A DNA stretch of 64,000 nt from the human T2T-CHM13v2.0 reference genome, Homo sapiens, in assembly GCF_009914755.1 (NCBI RefSeq), contig NC_060944.1, one strand, 5' to 3'. Both the position numbers and the translations under genes were made by a program. Below, piece after piece: positions 54,916 to 64,000 of the stretch. Positions within the stretch are counted from its first letter, which is position 1, and each line of letters starts with the position of its first letter. The notes below the pieces were generated by a model. The model was not told where the DNA came from and did not search any database. It saw nothing but the letters and a program-made list of their open reading frames with translations.

Positions 54916-56141
54916 CACATCAAAGTCAATCTTCACAGCAAGCTGGGAAGTAGGTGTCTATGGTTCAGATGTGGAAACCAAGGGCACAAAGTCGGAGAGT
55001 AGAGGAGTGGGATGTTGAGGGACCTGCCATTCTGAAGGGAAACTTCTGTAGCCACAGCCCCAGAAGAGCTCTGATTTGTCTCCCAATAGAAACCACTTGC
55101 TCAGCCACAGGTCATTGACTTCAAGCTGTCTCCTTCCCCAGCAGCCCTCAAGGTGCTCTGCCCATCCAAGGTGCCACGAGACACATGGCAGTGGCTTAGC
55201 ATTACTCCCCAGATGCACCCTTGCTCTGTGTGCCATCCTGCTTTACTGGACCCTGCCTCGTGTTCTCACCTCTCCTCCCAGCTCCTCTCAGCAGTGGCCC
55301 TGGCCTCCATGCCAGCTCTCCTATCTGGGCTCAGCAGTTCTCCTGGTTCAACAAATCTGTGTTGCTTGTGCTGTGTCAGCTTGGTTTACCCAAGAGTTTT
55401 ATTTCCCAGAATCCCTACCCCTGCAAGAACCTGGGTTAGAGTTGACCAAAAGAAGAATTACTTGAGGTTTGGGCTACAGAGGCAAAGCAGTGTCCATCAC
55501 CCTCTGAAGGCTGTTGAGTAGGCCTGGCACAAGGATGGATGGACGCAGAAGTGCCTGGTGGGGCTCAACGGGTCCTCGCTGTCCTCTGTTCAGTGTCCAG
55601 CTCATTCTCTGCAGGCTCAGCCCAGCTGGCCGGGAACCAGACACCCAGAGCTGCACAGAGGAAATGGCTTCCCGCAGACTTTTGCCAAACTCCCTCACGG
55701 CCCCTCTGCCAGGGCAGGTCCTCTCAGATTCACTGGTAGATGACGCTTCTCTGATCTTCCAACTCCCCTTTCCAAATCTCCACTCTCCCAGCTATTCCCA
55801 CAGAGTGGAAGGTCCGATTCCAATCACACAATCCCGCTCCTGGAGCATTCCCTGGCTCCCTGCTTCCTGCACAGTGGAACATCCCTGGGGGGCCCTCACT
55901 GCTGCTTCCCAGAACCAGGAAATGGAAAGCGAGTGAACATTATGGCAGACCGTGGCTACAAAAGATAATGCTGTACTGCCGCAGCATTTTTATCATAGAA
56001 ATCTTCCTTTGAGTTACCTGTCAATTTTCTTAAATGCAGGAAGAAGCTTTCCGGAGGCTGGCAGAGACATTTCTTAGCATTTTATTTTCTGAAACCTTCA
56101 TGGAGATCCACCATGACAAAACAGGGCTGATGGCCGGAGCC

Positions 56142-56151
56142 TGAGTCAGCA
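56142..56151 (+). promoter_or_regulatory. AP-1/ARE(MARE)-type motif TGAGTCAGCA
   Basis: Exact match to TGA(G/C)TCAGCA inside a block with no recognised repeat and retained CpGs. Confidence 0.35.
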
Positions 56152-57399
56152 ACTCCCAGAGCAGGGTTATGATTTCTCACACCTCCGGGGGGGTCCATCG
56201 AGGTTGCAAAATTCTAAAACAGTAATTCTTGTAAAATCACTCTAACCATAAGGAGTTGGGAAGAGAGACGGCCAATGGGAAATGAAGAAAGAGTGGCGGC
56301 AAAATCAAACAATGAAACAGCCATCACCCCAGGGAGGTAGGAGTGGAGCTGATGAGAAGAACGGTGGGCCCCTCTCTATAGGCGGAGCTAATGCAGCGCT
56401 CAGGGGCTGGGTGGCCAGCGAGCCCAACCTGCTGCAGCTGTAACAATAGTGTGTCCAGTGACAGATGGCCTCCAGCGCTCCTCGGTGACAGTGACGTTAC
56501 CTGGAGCACTGGGAAGGACCGGCACTGAGGGGCCTTGAGGAGCAGCAATCAGTGAACAGGAAGGAATTAAAGTGTCTCCTACCAGCAGAGAAGATAAGCA
56601 TTTTATAGGGGACAGGCTGAACAAGAGGTTTTTTTTATCACTTGTCCCTGAAGAACAAAGAAGTCATTCTTTTCCTTTGTGGTGGGGTGGGTGAGGGTGT
56701 GGGGAGAGTGAGGAAATGTCTACTCTATTCAGGACACCTAGGCAGCTTTTGAAATCCCCACTGAAATTAACAACCAACGTTCATCCTGTACCTGCTTTGG
56801 GTAATGGCTGGGGAGAGAGACTTACCCGAAAATTCGCCCTGTGTGGCTCATGGGATGGAACCAGAAGTTCCCCATCACAGGTGAGGTGTGAGTGATGCTG
56901 AGACCAGACAGGCATCAGCTTTGGAGCTTGCAGGGCCTGCTAAGGAGGTCAGACTTGGTTCCCAGGGGACCGGGCTCCGTCCAGAGCCTGTCCCCGCCAT
57001 TTATGTGGGCAGGTTTGTGTTAGATGCCGGTTGGCTCTGAAGCAGTGCCACAATTATTTCACCCCAAGTTTAAAGGCACTAAATTGTACCTGAAGAACTC
57101 TAGGCCCATTGGAAGTGGCCTGGGAAGCGAAGGTCCAGTCACACACTCTTATGGAATGTCTCTCTTTACAGGGTCTGGCAGATTAGAGGTGATGGAGAGC
57201 AGGGGCCAGCGCTGGGGAGGGGAAGGTTGCAGACTCAAAGCAACATAGAAATGTCGGCACGCATCAGAGTTCTAGAGTGAGCCAGAGATTGTCTGGGAAT
57301 TCAGCTTGGGTGAAAAGGTAGGAAATTTACATGTTGGTGACTGTAAAGGTCCAGTGCAGAATCTACTGGGCTGAGGCCTTGGGCCTGCCCTGTAAAGAG

Positions 57400-57507
57400 A
57401 GCCATGTGTCTAGTGCTCCAAGGCCACATGTGGCTAGTGGCTATCATACTGGACAGGCAGGCACAAAATGTTTCCATCACACAGAAAGTTCTGCTCAATG
57501 GCCTTGC
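57400..57507 (+). mobile_element. MER3-like hAT fragment
   Basis: 'gtgctccaaggccacatgtggctagtggctatcatactggacag...tttccatcacacagaaagttct'. The strand is nominal. Confidence 0.7.
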
Positions 57508-58928
57508 CCCAGACACTGACATTTCCATCATGACAAGCCATATTAAACAAACAAGTGTTTGAAACCACCTCCCCATGCCCCCATTTTCGGTTGTTTTTCA
57601 ATAAGCAGAGATGCAGAAACAGGGAATCCTGGAAGCGTTCTGGTATCTAGAAAGCCTCATTAATCAACCAGTTTTATCCCCAGGCCCCCTTACTCTCCCC
57701 ATCTCTCTTCCTTACCTGGCCCATGTATGTGTGTTCATGGTTTACATGTGCACGTGTGGGTGTGCACACCTGATACAGCAGTGTTCTCTTTCCTGCTGCC
57801 TCCTAAGCAGAATGAAACTGTCTCCATTAAACAAGCTAAACATTCTCATAATCTCCAGCGAGGACACCTCACCTAAGCCCTCTGGTGAGAGAGCCGTCCT
57901 GGACATGCCACACCGCCATGGTGCACCTAACATTGAGTAGCTGATGGTTCTTCCAGGGCTCTCCAGGTATTGTCTTTCCTGAATACAGTCAAGTTGCAGC
58001 TTGTGAATTCTAACGCCGGTACACAGGATACAAACATGGTTCAGAGTAACCCCTGAAAATCTCTAAAATTTCCCTACAAGGGAATGCTGTATTGTGTCTC
58101 AGGACGTGCAACCCTTCCCATTTCTCGGTGGCAGCTGGAAAATGGTTGTTCTTCCCATGAGCAGTGGCATGGTACTTGGCTGAAGTTCCACGATTCATTT
58201 GGCCAAAGAAACCCAGTGTAATGACAGTTGATGCAACAAAATATTCATGCCAGGAGAAACAGGTAGGGTTCTGAACAAAACACAGGGCAGAGCTCACAGG
58301 TGGTACCTTCCCTAGTGGAGCAACGACCTGGCGCACGCAGGACGGGACCTCTCTCTCTCAGCATGGGTGCTGGAAGTGAAGTGCATGTGAAATGGGCACC
58401 ACAGGGCTGCAGTGCCAGCCACCTATGCAGAAACACAATCAATCCCACCACCACATATGCCTGCACTGCGCTCACACATCTGCTTTCCAATGCCAAACCC
58501 CAAACAGGCCATAGCTGCCCAACCACTGGGCAGAATTTCCAGAGTCCAGACTGCTGGGCTGTCCAAGTGGGCAACATTTGAACTGCAGAGGCAGAGCCTG
58601 ACCCGTAACTCCTTCCTGCCCCTTGCCAGGTAGAGAGTATCTCTCTCTGACAAAGCGGGCAATGCCACCCACAGTCTAAAAATGACAAGGTGCCCTTCGT
58701 CCCAGGTAACTGAAAATAAAAGTGTTATCAGGTAGGCACAGACAGGAAGCAAGGCAGGTATCAACAGTGCCAGGCTGAGTGTTCTGGGGCCAGGCACATG
58801 GTTGTGGGCATCCCTGGGTAAGAATGTCCAGCAATGCTATTTGATTTAAAGTTTCATTTTCCTGGTAACATGAGGAAAAGTGAGAGCCCTGGGAAAGATG
58901 ATGGAGAATGGAGTTACTTCCACACTGA

Positions 58929-59368
<440 letters not shown>

Positions 59369-60094
59369 CTACTTAACGTGAAGATAAAGTATCAATATCA
59401 AATAAAATATTTTTATATTTTCATCAAGATATTTACTGTCTAGACCAGCTAGTGAGGACAGCTCAGGGATTGGATAATTTTCTGTTGATCTTGCTTTTCT
59501 AACGTGTTTCTGGGCCAGAAAACATTTGCTTAAAATATTGTCTATTATTTTTATATTCTAAAAATAATTTTGAAACTGGTAATACAATCAGCATGCACAG
59601 TCCACTAAGCTAGGGCACTCTGCTGATTCCGCCAGGTGGACATCTTGGTGTCAGCCTCCAAATACAACTTCACTCCCTTTTCCTGGACACTGAGGAAGAC
59701 ATTGAGATTCCAGACAGATTGTTCTTAAAAAGGTATCATTTGCAACTGCTCAGCTCTGTGGATCAAAATTTTATCCAGATTGTGCAACCAAAAAACTTTT
59801 TTACAAAAAAAATGTGTTGAAGTCGATATGATTTCCAAATTTCTAAGAGCCTCAACTTTTCTCTTTATATAATAAAAGCTATGTTTAGACATTCGCCATC
59901 AAACTGCCATATTATTCTCTTTGTAGGATAATTAAATGTTATAAATTTAAACTAAGGACGAGTATACTAGCTAGTTATTAAACTAATAAAATATCCCCTT
60001 TTGGGTTTTATAGATTCAGGTCTGTGCATAAAAATTTATTTGAAAATAAAATCACTTAAAAAATAAAAAAGCTTGAGAGCTTCAGGACCATAAG

Positions 60095-60200
60095 AACCGT
60101 CTACCTCTCCATTTTATAAAAGAAAAATGAGGCCCAAAGAGAGGAATCAGTAAGTCATAGATGAAGATATTAGCAAAGCCACAAGTGTTGAAAGTTCTCT
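60095..60200 (-). mobile_element. MIR fragment
   Basis: 'ctccattttataaaagaaaaatgaggcccaaagagagg' matches the MIR core in reverse complement. Confidence 0.55.
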
Positions 60201-60281
60201 AATACTATTTCTATTTTAGTCTCTGCTCTTCTGCCCTCAGGAAGCTCAGAGACAAGTTGGGATTTTAAAATCAGTTCTCTT

Positions 60282-60593
60282 GGCCAGGTGTGGTGGCTCA
60301 CACTTGTAATTCCAGCACTGTGGGAGCCCAAGGCAGTGGAATCTCTTGAGACCAGGAGTTCAAGACCAGCCTGGTTAGTGAGACTTCATCTCTCCAAAAA
60401 ATAAAATTAGCTGGGCATGACAGTGCATGCCTGTGGTCCCAGCTACTCGGGAGGCTGAGGCGGGAGGATTGCTTGAGGCCAGGAGGTCAAGGCTGCAGTG
60501 AGCTGTGCTCATGTCACTGCACTCCAGCCTGGGCAACAGAGCGAGTCCCTGTCTCTAAAATATAAAAATAATAAAAAGTTTAATAATACTAAA
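60282..60593 (+). mobile_element. Alu (AluJ-type)
   Basis: 'gggaggattgcttgaggccaggaggtcaaggctgcagtgagct', with a degenerate TSD (taaaatcagttctc / taaaattacttctc). Confidence 0.95.
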
Positions 60594-61944
60594 TAAAATT
60601 ACTTCTCAAGTAAAAAAATACAGAGAAGCTCTGTGGTATCACTAACCACACACAAAAAAAATAAATAAAAATATAAACAATTTTAAAGGTCAAGTGAGCT
60701 CTTCCGTAGCAGCTCTTCAAATGGCATGTAGATTTCACTGGCCACGGCCCAGCTCCCCCAGCCTAAACCAGGCCCACAGCATACTTGAGCCACCCTGGGG
60801 ATAGCTGCCCTGAGGGCTCAGAGTAAACAGGTAAACAGCTGTGCCATGCTTTTCAGTGCAAGGGACCTAGGTGAGCAGGCAGAGGTCAATGTCCACACCC
60901 CAGTTTCATCAACAACTCACTGGCCACCTAAGGTCACCCAAATGCCTTTTTATCTGAATCTACAAAAAAAAAAAAAAAAAGAGGCAGAATAGGCCATGAT
61001 GGAAAAGGCCATACTCTTTCTGAATAGGAGAGAGAAGTGCCTGGGAATGATACAGGGAGAAGAGAGAGGGAATTGAAATAGCAGTCATGGCTAGTAAAGC
61101 TGCATGTATAAATGGTTCTTTGGTATCCTTTTAGAAATCTAGTACCTACTGGCGGCTATCTGCTTCCCCAGCATGTGAGCAGCTGCATGAGGCTCCAGCT
61201 CAGGTTAGTGGAGTCAGTAACCCCAGCCTGTGGGCAGCTCTGTGTCTGCAGGGACCTGTGCACCCTCAGCCCTGTGAGAGGCAGGAAGCGAAAACCACCT
61301 AAGCAGTAGAAGATACCTTTTAGACCTGTCTTGCTGAATTTCTACAACCACCAGGAGAGGAAAGCCGAACAGAAACTGCTGCGTGCTTTGCAGTTCGGAG
61401 AAGTAATGCACCTTACCTAAGGTTGTATAAATAGTAGATGATCAGACAGGACCAGCCCCAGCTCTTCCTTGTCCTGGCGTGTTCTTTCCCCTACACCTAC
61501 CATTTCAGAAGAGGAAGCTCTAATTGACAAGGAGCTCTCAGCTTATCAACTTACTTCATTTATCTGTAGGCTAGAGAACTTGGGGACATATTATCAAAGA
61601 AGCAAAGAAGAAAAAAAATCAACAGAATAACTCCACATCCAAGAGGTCAGGTTTTCTCCGCTCTCCTCAACTTCTGTCTCTGTGGCCACCCGAGAGGGCT
61701 CCGGGCCCCTCTGGCACCTGCCTCCTTGGGTTTTCCTCTGCTCCTGTTTATGGGTTTTATCGAGAAGAGGACAGTGTGACAGTGCTTTGTGGTGCATTAA
61801 TAAAGATAAGAGAGGCCACAGCTACTAAACAGAGTTTTCAGAACCCCTCCCCTGGTTTCCCTGGCTGCAGGCCTGCATGCACAGACACACAGAACCACCG
61901 ATGTGGGAACTATTACTGCCCTCCGATTATTGTTATTGTAATGC

Positions 61945-62105
61945 CTATTCAGCCGCCCCTTTGTAAGTTCCTAGAGGGCAGGGACCATGTCTCGGGCTGC
62001 TTTTCATGAATTCATGCCTTCATGCTTCCATTCACTCACCCTACAAACATTTATTGAGTGCTACCATCACTACGCCCGCCTCAGTGCTGGGGACTCAGAA
62101 GATAC
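61945..62105. mobile_element. Two opposed L2 3' fragments
   Basis: Plus-strand 'tgtaagttcctagagggcagggaccatgtct', then minus-strand 'cattcactcacc..caaacatttattgagtgctacc'. Confidence 0.6.
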
Positions 62106-62359
62106 ATCACATCCTATCCCCAGCAGCACAGCCCAACCCTGGCTGCCAGTCCCAATTTGTTCTTTTAGGAATGGAACCCCCCAAATAGGGCACAGGCTGC
62201 AACATCTGCATCAGCCAGAAGGTCAGGAGGCAACAGGTGGTATCTTCTTCCTTCATCATCTTCTTTTCCTCCAAACTCCTACAACATGATCATATTTATT
62301 TCATAACAAAAACATCTAATAAATTCCACATTTTAAATCTACTATTTTAAACCTAAAAT

Positions 62360-62524
62360 TCTTCTTTTCTCAAACTTGGCTTCCCATTTGAATTAGTAGG
62401 GGAATGTCAAAATACTGATGCCTGGGTCCCCACACACAGTGGATCTGATTTAGTTGGCTTGGGCATGGGGATTTTAATAAGCTCAGCAAGTGGCTCGAAC
62501 TGTGGCCCAGGTTGAGAACCACCA
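62360..62524. mobile_element. MER5B-like MITE
   Basis: 'ttctcaaacttggct...aaaatactgatgcctgggtcccc...ctgattta...ggttgagaaccac'. Confidence 0.7.
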
Positions 62525-63154
62525 TTTCAACCCGAAACAGAGGAGAGGTTCTGGGCTCAGGAGCAGGAATTGCTCCTCCATTTGTTTGCAGATGTGCCAG
62601 TATATTCTGGACCCCAAGACTCTGAAGCTCCCTGGTCTAAGCCTATGTTGTCCACCTGCCTTCTGTACCGGAGATCTCACTTCACTCCTTGCCTTCCTGC
62701 CCACTCTTGGCCTTGGGTTGTGTCTCTTTGCCTGTGCACACAGAACACACCTCCGTGCTATGGTCCTGTTTAGGCTTCAGGACTCTGGCCCATCACAGGG
62801 CCTTTTGCCTAGAAAAGTGCTCTTTCTTCTGACTTCCCAGAGCCTGGCTGTCTCCACACCCTGGGCTCCAATGATCCTGCTCCTTCTCTGCCTGCAGTTG
62901 AGTCTTCTTTTCTTTTCCCTTCACTATGGGGTACACACCACTCCTCCTTCCTGGCCTGCTTGGCCTGGTGACAGCGATGCTTCTTAGGAAGGGGGACCTA
63001 CTGAGGCACCCGCACCTGTGGCCATGTGGTAGCTTCTAGGAGATACCAGAGGGGACTGTGGAAGGACCCACAAATCATTCTCAACCAACACCAGAGGGTG
63101 CATATCCTTGTCCTTGAAGTTCAATTCAAAGGACATGTGGACAAAGATGACTCT

Positions 63155-63492
63155 TGGAAAATGCAAATAAACACCACAATGACACAACATTTCACATCCA
63201 CTAGGATGACCGTGAGTTCATTGCTGTTGTTGTTTTAAGGGATATAAGTGTTGACAAGGATGCGGAGAAGCTGAAACCCTTTTACAATGGCTGGTAGGAA
63301 AGTAAAATGGTGCAGCTGTTGTGGGGAACGGCTTGGCAATACCTCAAAAAAATTGACATAGGATTACCATATGACCTAGAGACTTCTAGGTATACGCCCT
63401 AAAGAACTGAAAACAGAGACTCCAACAAATACATGCACATGCTGTTCACAGCAGCATTATTCACAAGTCAAAAGGCCAAAACAACTCAAATA
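63155..63492 (+). mobile_element. L1MB-type ORF2 C-terminal fragment
   Basis: 'ggaaaatgcaaataaacaccacaatga...aagtgttgacaaggatgcggagaa...aaaatggtgcagctg...gttcacagcagcattattcaca'. Confidence 0.85.
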
Positions 63493-64000
63493 TAAAACTG
63501 AAGGAAATATTCATGAACATACACTGTATTCATATAACACGTATTTAATGTTAGAATACCTTACAAAACATATAACATACACCGAAATTGGAATTAAAGG
63601 ATGAGATTAAAAACATGAAGAAACGTGTCTTTCCTAGAATCCCCAGTGGTGACCACCAATCTGCTCGAATGCTCCCACAGTGACTTCCCTTAGCCTGGAA
63701 ATTTCAAGAGTTACAATCTGAAGAGATTCTTCCACTCCCACCTTTGCTTTAATTCCTGGCTTGAAAGAAAATTTAAATTTAAGGACAAACTTTCTTGTGC
63801 TGCTGTTTTTAAGGTGACCGTTTTGTTTCCCAAATTTCCTCTGGAAAAAGAACATTCCTTCAACAAGGTCTCTCTTTTCTAAGGAGAAAAGGATCAAATA
63901 CAGACCCTCAAACCGAGGCTCTGGTGCTAGTTCGGGGAAACAGACACATGCACGGTAACCATTTCTAAACACAGAGCTGTTTTCAGCTTCATATTCCACA

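Noticed and set aside
59629-59642. CTCF-like CCGCCAGGTGGACA (also a weak one at ~7901-7915)
   Set aside because: Both have mismatches at high-information positions and lack supporting context.

Overview
This is primate (human-like) non-coding genomic DNA, either intergenic or deep intronic. The evidence is the AluJ/S/Y SINEs, L1PA/L1M LINEs, MIR/L2/CR1 relics, MaLR and ERVL LTRs, hAT/Tigger MITEs and general CpG depletion. I find no credible protein-coding gene, RNA gene or CRISPR array. The long ORFs are either degenerate L1 ORF2 remnants or stop-free frames through a ~2.2 kb C/A-rich tandem repeat (23441-25640). I cannot identify the locus from sequence alone, and I see no demonstrable new biological system. 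The points most worth checking are: (1) the C/A-rich VNTR, which appears to have expanded inside an ancient L2; (2) a 73/51-bp higher-order minisatellite inside a MER102-like element; (3) several repeat-free, CpG-retaining, motif-dense blocks that resemble developmental enhancers or insulators (~1.2-1.5, 5.0-6.1, 25.9-26.7, 43.1-44.7 and 55.9-56.6 kb); (4) a cluster of eight LTR16/LTR33-type solo LTRs; (5) insertion-mechanism fossils, namely a tailless Alu piece, an L1 5' inversion and nested elements. Repeat family names come from my recall of consensus sequences, not a database search, so subfamily labels and old-element boundaries are approximate.
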